Positions 26,592 to 38,609 of a stretch of DNA of 64,000 nucleotides are shown one piece after another. The position numbers and the translations under genes were made by a program. Each line of letters starts with the position of its first letter. The first letter of the stretch is position 1. A model generated the notes under the pieces. That model was not told the origin of the DNA. It did no database searches and saw only the letters and a list, made by a program, of their open reading frames with translations. This stretch comes from Octopus sinensis (taxonomy: Eukaryota). The DNA lies in assembly GCF_006345805.1 (NCBI RefSeq), contig NC_042997.1:50902001-50966000 (forward strand). The letters are read 5' to 3'.

Positions 26592-28045
26592 TCTCTCATA
26601 TTACTATACATGTATCTGCACATGTGTGCATATATATGTGTGTGTGTGTGTGTGTACATGAGTGCACACGTGTGTTTTTGTGGATGTAATCAAACATCAC
26701 TAAAGCTATGTATAAACTGAATCAAACACACACTACACACATTTGTGTATGCTCTCAGAAGTATATTATTCAATTATATAAGTGAATATAGACACATACA
26801 TAAACACGTTCAGATTCACTTGGTTATTTGCAAACACACACGCACACACGCAAAATATTTCTATAGTTGTAATGCCTACAAGAATGTAAGTATGTACAGA
26901 CATGCACATATATACACAATTGGTAGTTTCCAAACATCAACCAAATACACTTGCAAAGAATCAGACACACAATGTTATTCATACAACAAACATCATTAAA
27001 TTACAACAGCAAAGAACTGTCAGGTGTTTATGATTTGTAAAGATCTGTTTGCACACAGATAAATGATAAATGGTGAAAAGGAATTGGAAACAAAGCAAGT
27101 ATCTTATAGAAAATAAATGAGCTGACTATTTAATATAGTTTTGCAAAGTGAGTCAAGAGATAACCAGAAGCAGATTTGTGTGCATGAAAACTTTTGAAAA
27201 GAGGAAGGAAAAGAGGCCAAAAACAAAGTGTTATACAGTCGGAACCATAAAAGCCTGAAGATATATTTTTGGTAAGACATCATCAATATCACACAGCATC
27301 GACTGAGGAAAACCAGAAAGAGCAATGAGAATGAAAAGAATTGTAAGAAATATGAGCAGAAGATAAATATTTAGTTGTGAGGAATAATGTACTGAACCCT
27401 CACAACAAACCTTCAGTGGAATAACTATCTTGCTAAATGTAAATGTAAAGAGAAATTCTGGTGATGATGGTTATGATAAATACTGGCTATGACCATAATC
27501 AAGAACAACTTTGAATACATACTATAAGGTTACCAGTTCAAACAGGTTTTTTTTTTTTAAATCTTTTACATTAGTAACAAACTGCACCTGTAGTCCTATC
27601 ACAGACAGGAGTGGACAGAGGTAGCAAAATACAGATTAATCATTATCATCGCTATCATCATCATCATTCTGTAAATTTGGTTTAAATGCTTGACAACTCA
27701 GCACCATCCATTGGACGGGGGGGGGGGCGTTTTGCTTGTTGTATATATGATTGGGGAATAAATATCTACCAACTATCACTTAGTTTACATGGTATTCTTC
27801 TTGTGCAAGTCAGATTTTTCTTCTTTTTCTTTGAAATAGTTGTAGTAGCTGTTATTTTCACAATATGGTTTTCTTCCTTCAGACAAGCCATTTACCATCC
27901 ATTGTCAGATAGGGCCACAGTTTATCATTCTTTTCTTGGTTTCAGTTCAGTGGACTACAGCCATAAAACTGGTAGAATACTTAAGCCAGATATGGCCGGT
28001 TTAATGGCTAAATGGTTAAGTGATACAAGCAATAAGGCTACTTAC

Positions 28046-28141
28046 TTTGCTTTTGGGGCCCAACAGGCTGACTTGATGGGATCATATTTACTGTCAGCTG
28101 GGTTGTATTTCTTGTCCTCTACAGGTTTCACTTCACCATTG
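28046..28141 (-). CDS. LIG1: LIG1 exon (NGEVKPVEDKKYNPADSKYDPIKSACWAPKA|K)
   Basis: cttgcag acceptor, gtaagt donor, 96 nt; YNP...Y.PI..ACW motif that precedes VPY in LIG1. Confidence 0.93.
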
Positions 28142-28270
28142 CTGCAAGTGAGAGAATTTTAAAGCAAAATTAGATAGAAAGAATTAAGACATATATTGTT
28201 ATATTTCAGGATGGACATTTTTTTTTTTTCCTTCCCAAATAAGCACAAACACCATACATTTGTTCTTTGC

Positions 28271-28846
28271 TTCAGATTTATTATTGTTCTTATTTTATTT
28301 ATGGAGATGTACTTGCATAGCAAGTGACCTGATCTGAGATCGTGTGCTGGAATGAAAACAATTGCAACGTGGAAGGTGTTTATAAGCCATTTAAGAAACA
28401 CACAAAAACCATTAGATTCACTTCAACATTTAAATTTAATTTGTCAAAATATTTTCGACGCAGCACAGAATTTTGTCAGTGAGCAGGTCGTGGTCTCAAA
28501 GCAACGAAAATATTTTGACAAATTAAATTTAAATGTTGAAGTGAATCTAATGGTTTTTGTGTGTTTCTTAAATGGCTTATAAACACCTTCCACGTTGCAA
28601 CTGTTTTTTTTATTTTATTGTTCTTTGTCGAAAAATCTTTTGTCACACATCCTATGACCTCCTCAATGACTCTCCATCCCATGTTTCTTCTCCTGTAGTT
28701 TATTCCATTCTGTTTTAATCCAGAGAATGGGCCAAACAGAAAAGGAAGAGACACATGCAATGGGAAGTCGCTGAAGAGGTCACAGGGTATGTGACAAAAG
28801 ATTTTCAAGCAAAGAACAATAAAATAAGAACAATAATAAATCTGAA
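28271..28846. mobile_element. Nested foldback structure: young perfect 96-bp-arm element (28362-28600) inside an older diverged inverted-repeat element
   Basis: Arms 28362-28457 and 28505-28600 are identical; older arms are 28271-28299 plus 28613-28677 versus 28760-28846. Confidence 0.75.
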
Positions 28847-29516
28847 ATGAAGAAATAATATAGAGTGCATGCCCTTATTTGGCAGAAAAAAATAATGACC
28901 GTCCCCGTCAGGAATGTTGAAAAACAAATACATAAATGCAAATTAAGACATAAAAACAGTCAAAGTATCAATTGATAGATGTCATCCAAGTTTTTGTCTT
29001 CTAAGAATGGAGAAGCAGGTGGTAGTTCGAACACATCACTGCCACTGCCACCAGCAATACCATCTGACCTTTCAGTGACTTACAGGAGTTCACTCCATTA
29101 CAAACATTCAAACTGGGCCCCTGACAAAGCCTGTATGTATTTATGCAACCTGCTAGAAATAGCAGTCAAATTTTCATAAAACTACACCCTTCCATCTTAA
29201 AAACATATGAACAGATTGGATAATGTGGGCCTAGAAACACTCTCTGAGCGTAAAATAAGATGATCATACCTGGAACACCTTTGATCACAAGTCAACTCAA
29301 TGAGGGCTGACCTGGTGTTAAATGACAACAACTAGGCCACCTTTAATGTGTAAATATTGATTTCGAATTTGGCACAAAGCTAGCAAATTTGGGGAAGGGT
29401 ATAAGTTGAATAAGAGATTTTCCAGCAGTAGCCTACAACCAAGATATGACAGGGACTTGAATCTATGGCTATGCTTTAAGAAAAGCTACACAGCTTTTCG
29501 GTCCTGCTTATTCTTT

Positions 29517-29925
29517 TACTCTTTTACTTGTTTCAGTCATTTGACTGTGGCCATGCTGGAGCACCGCCTTTAGTCGAGCAAATCGACCTCAGGACTTATT
29601 CTTTGGACGCCTAGTACTTATTCTATCGGTCCCTTTTGCAGAACCACTAAGTTACGGGGATGTAAACACGCCAGCATTGGTTGTCAAGCGATGTTGGGGG
29701 GACAAACACAGACACACAAACATATACACACACACATACATATATATATATATACATATATACGATGGGCTTCTTTCAGTTTCCATCTACCAAATCCACT
29801 CACAAGGCTTTGGTCGGCCCGAGGTTAGAGTAGAAGACACTTGCTCAAGATGCCACACAGTGGGACTGAACCTAGAACCATGTGGTTGGTAAGCAAGCTT
29901 CTTACCACACAGCCACTCCTACGCC
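29517..29925 (-). mobile_element. SINE family A, full length
   Basis: Same structure as 5383-5780. Confidence 0.85.
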
Positions 29926-30970
29926 TATTATTGTTTACATAATTAATTTTATCAGGGAATTCAGTGGTACAACTAACAGAACGGGTTACAGTTCAATGTA
30001 GTGGGACTGAACCTGAAAACATGTGGTTGGGAACTGAACTTCTTAACCACACAGCCATGCCTGGTTATATATCCCCCACAAAAAAACGGTATGTATAATT
30101 GATACGTAATTATATATCCCAACAACAGAAATATGCCATGTGCCTGATAAGAAATATTAGTTTTTGCAAAAATAGATAAATTTATGTCATTCTAAAACAT
30201 CCAAAATAATAAAAACCAAATTATGGTACCATACAGAACACTATACAGAATATTCTTCCAATAACCAATGACAAAACAATGATTCATCAAACATTAATGA
30301 GTACTGTAAACCTAACATTAAACACTCATCATTGGACCATGGAATATTATTTTTAATAGAATTACTCTTAATACAGTCAGAGATTTAATCTTAAGGAAAT
30401 AGAAATAAAAGAATTTTAAAGCAGCAAAACCATACACAGAAAATATGAAAGGAAAATCAAAGGGCTTTTTTGAATATTACAATTTTGAGTCATTCAGCTA
30501 AATTATTATATCACATTTGATCTCTCTCTCTCTTTCTTTTTTCATGATTTTTTTTCTTTTGTTTTTGTTTTACAAGAATGAATGCCCCACTAGCCTTACC
30601 AACAACAACAAAAAAAAGATATATTACATGCTTTTGAAATTGAATGATTTTAATATATATGGAGGTAAAAATGATTATACAAATGATGAAAGAAAGGGAA
30701 AAAAGTATTCAAAATGATGCAAATGTACAGACAGAACGCATGTAATACATATACAGACATGCCAATGTGCATTCTCACTAAGGCATTTGGTGAAAATAAA
30801 TAAATAAATAAAAACTTAATCGATTCTATCAGTTTTATTGTATTTTTCTGTCTCTGTTTTTGTGTTTTTTTTGTTTTTTTTAACTAACTGAATAAAGAAT
30901 TCCATGAGCCTTAATAATTGCTGACGTAGGCTTGATGGAATTGGTGAAAACCCAAAAGAAAATAACTGAC

Positions 30971-30981
30971 TTTTGAGTCAT
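30971..30981 (-). CDS. Tentative LIG1 start-codon exon segment (ATG ACT CAA AA|gtcagt), possible exon 30971-31016
   Basis: ATG in an MTQ(K/N) context, good GTCAGT donor, upstream AG acceptor at 31017-31018; phase 2 is compatible with exon 28046-28141. Short, so could be chance. Confidence 0.3.
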
Positions 30982-31844
30982 GCGTTTAGTATCCGACGGT
31001 CAGTTGAAATGAGAATCTGTTTTGCAATAACATTTCAAGAAATAAACACAAACACAGAGCGTATATATATATATAATAAAAGATGATCTTGCACACTGGC
31101 ATGAAATCAAATGTTTATAGAGATGGGACAGAGTGAAGTTGGGTAGAGTCATCTGAAATGATTTCCAATATGCAAAAGTAATATAATATTTGTAGTTGCT
31201 TAACCACAGGACAGGCCTGATAAAGCAGGCCTATGTTTTACCCTTTTTTACCATATTTCTCTCAAACTACACAGCTTTTGTTTCAATTAATTTTGAAAAT
31301 AATGAAGAATTTAATAAATTAATTTTGTCATTAATAAGCTGGTGTTTGAGACAAATAACATAAAATTTTGACAGAAGGTTTTAATTTAGGTCACTAACCT
31401 TTTAGCATTTAAGGTGACCATATCCAACCAAAATAGTTTACCTGTTTTATGTTCAAACTGGCCAGATCCAGCCTCTCACACCAATCCTACAATATTATTC
31501 TAAAAATTAACAGTTACCTCATCAATATCTCAAAGCGACAAATTTGGGGCCTGGTGCAGCCTCCTGGCTTCCCAGACACCGGTCGAACCATCCAACCCAT
31601 GCTAGCATGGAAAATGGACATTAAACGATGATGATCATCATCATTAATTGAAAACAGTGTAAATAACAGAATCATGTGAATGCTAAAGGATTAAAATATG
31701 AAGTTGGTATTATAGAACCAGGGATAATTCCAGGGAGTTTGATATCAAAAGGGTTAGAGATATTTTTACTATGACCAGTCCTTCTTATTTTTAAGGACAG
31801 GGTATCTAGAACTATGTTATGCAATGTTTCTTTCCTTTTCCGTT

Positions 31845-32353
31845 CGAACGTTGGGCGTCACAGAGGCAATGACAAAAGACCGAGACCTCTGGAGATATGC
31901 TTTGACTGCGAAGATCCAGCAAATAAAGTGAGTTCACAGCTGTATCCTACACCAGTTTCGCATAACCAGCCCCAGCCCATTCAAAAGTACCTTGGATTGT
32001 AGGGCAACATACTGTGCTTGAGGAAACCTATTGAGTCAAGTACAGCACATAAAAAGCACCATCTGAATGTGGCTGATGCCAGTGCCGCCTTGACTGGCTT
32101 CCGTGCCGGTGGCACGTAAAAAGCACCAACCGTTCATGGGCTTTGCCAGCCTCCTCTGGCCCCTGCTGATGGCATGTGAAAAGCACCCACTACACTCATG
32201 GAGTGGTTGGCGTTAGGAAGGGCATCCAGCTGTAGAAACACTGCCAGATCAGACTGGAGCGTGGTGCAGCCTCCTGGCCTCCCAGACCCCAGTCGAACCG
32301 TCCAACCCATGCTATCATGGAAAACGGACATTAAACGATGATGATGATGATGA
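31845..32353 (+). mobile_element. RTE-clade LINE 3' end remnant
   Basis: Degenerate RTLG.TE.MT.DRDLWRYA segment, then 3' UTR and (GAT)n. Confidence 0.75.
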
Positions 32354-32904
32354 GTAGGGTGTAATCTGAGTGCGATTTGACTACTATCTCTAGTAAGTCA
32401 AGCAGCCATAGAGAGCATCCCCACCACACACATTTCCCTTGACTGACTGCAGAAGGATAATTAAAAAAAAACAACTTGAATGGAATTGGAACTCAAATAT
32501 AGAGAGACAACATTAATTAGCTGAAGGCATTTCTTTTGTCTTGCTGTTCACCATCACCCTATCAAGGGGTGAGAAGGATTTCTCAATTGAAAGCAGAAGA
32601 ACAGGAGTTAAATAATTATTAGAATCAGCAGCAGCATCAACATCATCATCAGCGTCATCAACAGCAATGCTGCTGCTGCCACTGTATTGTTGTGATGACC
32701 ACCACCACCACTATTACCATCATCATCATCATCACTAATTGCTTTATAACATCAACTTCGATTTAGAAAGACAGGAACAGAGATGAAGGAAAACAACATG
32801 GAAGTGGTCTTCAGTTGTGTTGCCAACCAGCACATTGCCCTGAAGAGTCTCAATGCCAAGATGCCACAAGCAAATGCAGAGAGGGAGCTGCCATCCTGTT
32901 CCCT

Positions 32905-35100
32905 CTCACTCTCTCACTCTCTCACCCTCTCACTCTATCCCACACTCACACTCTATTCCACACTCTCACTCTATCCACACTCACACTCTATTCCACACTC
33001 TCACTCTATTCCACACTCACACTCTATTCCACACTCACACTCTATTCCACACTCACACTCTATTCCACACTCTCACTCTATTCCACACTCACACTCTATT
33101 CCACACTCTCACTCTATTCCACACTCTCACTCTATTCCACACTCACACTCTATTCCACACTCTCACTCTATCCCACACTCACACTCTATTCCACTCTCAC
33201 TCTATTCCACACTCACACTCTATTCCACACTCACACTCTATTCCACACTCTCACTCTATTCCACACTCTCACTCTATTCCACACTCACACTCTATTCCAC
33301 ACTCTCACTCTATCCCACACTCACACTCTATTCCACACTCACACTCTATTCCACACTCACACTCTATTCCACACTCACACTCTATTCCACACTCTCACTC
33401 TATCCCACACTCACACTCTATCCCACACTCACACTCTATTCCACACTCTCACTCTATTCCACACTCACACTCTATTCCACACTCACACTCTATTCCACTC
33501 ACACTCTATTCCACACTCACACTCTATTCCACACTCTCACTCTATTCCACACTCACACTCTATTCCACACTCACACTCTATTCCACACTCACACTCTATT
33601 CCACACTCACACTCTATTCCACACTCTCACTCTATTCCACACTCTCACTCTATTCCACACTCTCACTCTATTCCACACTCACACTCTATTCCACACTCAC
33701 ACTCTATTCCACACTCTCACTCTATTCCACACTCACACTCTATTCCACACTCACACTATTCCACACTCACACTCTATTCCACACTCACACTCTATTCCAC
33801 ACTCTCACTCTATTCCACACTCTCACTCTATTCCACACTCACACTCTATTCCACACTCACACTCTATTCCACACTCACACTCTATTCCACACTCACACTC
33901 TATTCCACACTCTCACTCTATTCCACACTCTCACTCTATTCCACACTCTCACTCTATTCCACACTCTCACTCTATTCCACACTCTCACTCTATTCCACAC
34001 TCTCACTCTATTCCACACTCACACTCTATTCCACACTCTCACTCTATTCCACACTCTCACTCTATTCCACACTCTCACTCTATTCCACACTCTCACTCTA
34101 TTCCACACTCTCACTCTATTCCACACTCTCACTCTATTCCACACTCTCACTCTATTCCACACTCACACTCTATTCCACACTCACACTCTATTCCACACTC
34201 ACACTCTATTCCACACTCTCACTCTATTCCACACTCTCACTCTATTCCACACTCACACTCTATTCCACACTCTCACTCTATTCCACACTCTCACTCTATT
34301 CCACTCTCACTCTATTCCACACTCTCACTCTATTCCACACTCTCACTCTATTCCACACTCTCACTCTATTCCACACTCTCACTCTATTCCACACTCTCAC
34401 TCTATTCCACACTCTCACTCTATTCCACACTCTCACTCTATTCCACACTCTCACTCTATTCCACTCTCACTCTATTCCACACTCTCACTCTATTCCACAC
34501 TCTCACTCATTCCACACTCTCACTCTATTCCACTCACACTCTATTCCACACTCACATTCTATTCCACACTCACATTCTATTCCACACTCACACTCTATTC
34601 CACACTCTCACTCTATTCCACACTCTCACTCTATTCCACACTCACACTCTATTCCACACTCTCACTCTATTCCACACTCACACTCTATTCCACACTCACA
34701 CTCTATTCCACACTCACACTCTATTCCACACTCACACTCTATTCCACACTCACACTCTATTCCACACTCACACTCTATTCCACACTCACACTCTATTCCA
34801 CACTCACACTCTATTCCACACTCACACTCTATTCCACACTCACACTCTATTCCACACTCACACTCTATTCCACACTCACACTCTATTCCACACTCACACT
34901 CTATTCCACACTCTCACTCTATTCCACACTCACACTCTATTCCACACTCACACTCTATTCCACACTCACACTCTATCCCACACTCACACTCTATTCCACA
35001 CTCTCACTCTATTCCACACTCACACTCTATTCCACACTCTCACTCTATTCCACACTCACACTCTATTCCACACTCACACTCTATTCCACACTCACACTCT
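32905..35100. repeat. ~2.2-kb minisatellite, 18-nt unit CTCTATTCCACACTC(A/T)CA-type with occasional 16-nt variants
   Basis: About 120 tandem units, no G on the plus strand; source of the three spurious ~800-aa ORFs. Confidence 0.97.
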
Positions 35101-35729
35101 TTCTTTTTTCAATTCAATTGCTTACATTTGCCTGGAAACAATGGAAGTAAAATAAAGTCGAGAGAACTCGACAATCTTTTTCTTTCTCTCTCGGGCTGCT
35201 GCCATAACAATGCACCAGGAGAATTCATCTACAAAGCAATTGCCCCAGCTCCCCTTCAGGGTTGGCGAAAGCGATGTGGTGGACAACGAAAAACCTGGCT
35301 GATGACAGTCAAGGCTGATCTGGAACCGGAACCCAACCTAGGCCCCCATATCTATAGCGTCGCCGCTGAAATATGGAGTGGTTGGAGATCATGCGGTCGT
35401 TAGCCTCAAATCGCCAGGTCTGGTCTGCGTTTGTGAGAGATGCAGCATTGAGGATGAATGAAGCCAGCTCAATCCACCCCAGGTGGATGCTGTCTCAAGA
35501 CAAGAAGAAGACAACAATGTACACTCAGTAGGTTCTATTAAGTGGTTGGTGTGAGGGAGGGCATCCAGTTATAGATGCTATACCAGAATTAGATGCATGA
35601 AGGAGATGCAGATTTCCAATTCACGTTTAGAGCAGTAATTCTAAATAAGAGCTAACTCTAAGTAAGAACACACATCCAAGCAGGGAAAGTAAATATGATA
35701 CTATATATGTATTTTTCTTTTCTTTCTTT

Positions 35730-35929
35730 TCTTTTACTTGTTTCAGTCATTTGACAGCGGCCATGCTGGAGCACCGCCTTTATCGAGCAACTCGACCCTG
35801 GGACTTATTCTTTTGTAAGCCCAGTACTTATTCTATCGGTCTCTTTTGCCGAACCGCTAAGTGATGGGTACGTAAACACACCAGCATCGGTTGTCAAGCA
35901 ATGCTAGGGGGACAAACACAGACACACAA

Positions 35930-35966
<37 letters not shown>

Positions 35967-38609
35967 CATATATACGACAGGCTTCTTTCAGTTTCCGTCT
36001 TCCAAATCCACTCACAAGGCATTGGTCGGCCCGGGGCTATAGCAGAAGACACTTGCCCAAGATGCCACGCAGTGGGACTGAACCCAGAACCATGTGGTTG
36101 ATTAGCAAGCTACTTACCACACAGTCACTCCTGTGTGTAAAGTAAAGAAAAAGATCTCCTTCAGTCATGAATCACCATGGGATTTCCCGTAGAAAGTTCC
36201 CCTCAGAGGCACAAATCCAGGCAAAGTTGTTTATGGAAGACCAGCTGTCACCTATGCATATCAGCCGCCCCTCTCCATGCCACCGATGTTATCCAGAGGA
36301 AAGGCAAAGGCACCATTGATGTTGCAACTGATTTCTGAGACCATTGGCATTATGCTGTGCTTGAGAAGAAGAGCCATCAAGCCAAGCAAAATCGCAATTG
36401 TGACAGAAACCGGTGTCACACAAATTGGCACTCATGCTGGTGGCACATAAAAAGCCACCTGGTGTCATGCAAATTGTACCCATTACACACTCGGAGTGGT
36501 TGGTGTTAGGAAGGGCATCCAATCATAGAAAACTATGCCAAATCAGACTGGACTCTGGTGCAGCCTTCCATCATGCCAGCCTGGTCAAACTGTGCAACCT
36601 ATGGACATTAATGATGATATAACATGTAGGTACAGTATGGCCAAATGGTTAAAAGTGTGATTTACAACCAAAAAGATCCCAGGTTCTATACTGCTACATG
36701 ACAAGTTGGATAAATGTTATTTCCTATAACCTTGGGTTGACCAATACCTTGAAAGTGAAATTAGGTGGAATGAAATTGTATAGAAGACAGCCAGGTGAAC
36801 TGTACATTCAAAAGGTACAGCCTTGTCATACCCTGTGTCACATTGATTCTATCTGAAAATTATGTTATGGGTCTGTGGATTAGTCAGCCGCTTACATTTA
36901 CACATCAATTCAGGAGCAGGTAATTCAGTTGATTGAACAATTGAATCCTCATTGTTGAATGGTGGAAATCCGCCACCACTATATATACTCTTTTACTTGT
37001 TTCAGTCATTTGACTGCAGCCATGCTGGAGCACCGCTTTTAGTCGAGCAAATCGACCCCGGGACTTATTCTTTGTAAGCCCAGTACTTATTCTATCGGTC
37101 TCTTTTGCCGAACCGCTAAGTGACGGGGGACGTAAACACACCAGCATCGGTTGTCAAGCAATGCTAGAGGGACAAACACAGACACACATATATATATATA
37201 TACATATATACGACGGGCTTCTTTCAGTTTCCGTCTACCAAATCCACTCACAAGGCATTGGTCGGCCCGGGGCTATAGCAGAAGACACTTGCCCAAGATG
37301 CCACGCAGTGGGACTGAACCCAGAACCATGTGGTTGATTAGCAAGCTACTTACCACACAGTCACTCCTGTGTGTAAAGTAAAGAAAAAGATCTCCTTCAG
37401 TCATGAATCACCATGGGATTTCCCGTAGAAAGTTCCCCTCAGAGGCACAATCCAGGCAAAGTTGTTTATGGAAGACCAGCTGTCACCTATGCATATCAGC
37501 CGCCCCTCTCCATGCCACCGATGTTATCCAGAGGAAAGGCAAAGGCACCATTGATGTTGCAACTGATTTCTGAGACCATTGGCATTATGCTGTGCTTGAG
37601 AAGAAGAGCCATCAAGCCAAGCAAAATCGCAATTGTGACAGAAACCGGTGTCACACAAATTGGCACTCATGCTGGTGGCACATAAAAAGCCACCTGGTGT
37701 CATGCAAATTGTACCCATTACACACTCGGAGTGGTTGGTGTTAGGAAGGGCATCCAATCATAGAAAACTATGCCAAATCAGACTGGACTCTGGTGCAGCC
37801 TTCCATCATGCCAGCCTGGTCAAACTGTGCAACCTATGGACATTAAATGATGATATAACATGTAGGTACAGTATGGCCAAATGGTTAAAAGTGTGATTTA
37901 CAACCAAAAAGATCCCAGGTTCTATACTGCTACATGACAAGTTGGATAAATGTTATTTCCTATAACCTTGGTTGACCAATACCTTGAAAGTGAAATTAGG
38001 TGGAATGAAATTGTATAGAAGACAGCCAGGTGAACTGTACATTCAAAAGGTACAGCCTTGTCATACCCTGTGTCACATTGATTCTATCTGAAAATTATGT
38101 TATGGGTCTGTGGATTAGTCAGCCGCTTACATTTACACATCAATTCAGGAGCAGGTAATTCAGTTGATTGAACAATTGAATCCTCATTGTTGAATGGTGG
38201 AAATCCGCCACCACTATATATACTCTTTTACTTGTTTCAGTCATTTGACTGCAGCCATGCTGGAGCACCGCTTTTAGTCGAGCAAATCGACCCCGGGACT
38301 TATTCTTTGTAAGCCCAGTACTTATTCTATCGGTCTCTTTTGCCGAACCGCTAAGTGACGGGGGACGTAAACACACCAGCATCGGTTGTCAAGCAATGCT
38401 AGAGGGACAAACACAGACACACATATATATATATATACATATATACGACGGGCTTCTTTCAGTTTCCGTCTACCAAATCCACTCACAAGGCATTGGTCGG
38501 CCTGGGGCTATAGCAGAAGAAACTTGCCCAAGATGCCACGCAGTGGGACTGAACCTGGAACCATGTGATTGGTTAGCAAGCTACTTACCACACAGCCACT
38601 CCTGCGCCT
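35730..38609 (-). mobile_element. Three co-oriented SINE family A copies (~35730-36132, ~36986-37370, ~38221-38609) bounding a tandem duplication
   Basis: Each has the family A head, core and tail. Confidence 0.88.
36002..38472. repeat. Tandem duplication, period ~1235 bp
   Basis: Identical ORF pairs offset by 1235 (36289/37524, 36905/38140); the differences I saw are 1-nt homopolymer indels. Confidence 0.95.

Larger units (their letters stand above)
1878..28141 (-). other. LIG1: DNA ligase 1 gene span (9 confidently placed coding exons; 3' end continues left of the window, 5' end unresolved)
   Basis: All nine exons have GT/AG boundaries and compatible phases. They join to [65 protein letters not shown]...AIAQATG-RSVDKIK...[15 protein letters not shown]...[14 protein letters not shown]...PPGQA-YPPVIVNAGK...TTYC-ECPNYD...[13 protein letters not shown]...[10 protein letters not shown], collinear with the LIG1 DNA-binding and adenylation domains as I recall them. 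Confidence 0.96.

Noticed and set aside
27686-28162. 158-aa plus-strand ORF
   Set aside because: Antisense shadow overlapping the real LIG1 exon 28046-28141; no recognisable domain.
28965-29070. Minus-strand peptide SDGIAGGSGSDVFELPPASPFLEDKNLDDIYQLIL* as a possible exon
   Set aside because: Weak acceptor, stop before any donor, no family similarity I can name.
32783-35403. Three 765-862-aa ORFs (HSHSIP / TLTLYS / FHTHTL repeats)
   Set aside because: They are translations of the G-free 18-mer minisatellite, open in all three frames by composition; no coding evidence.
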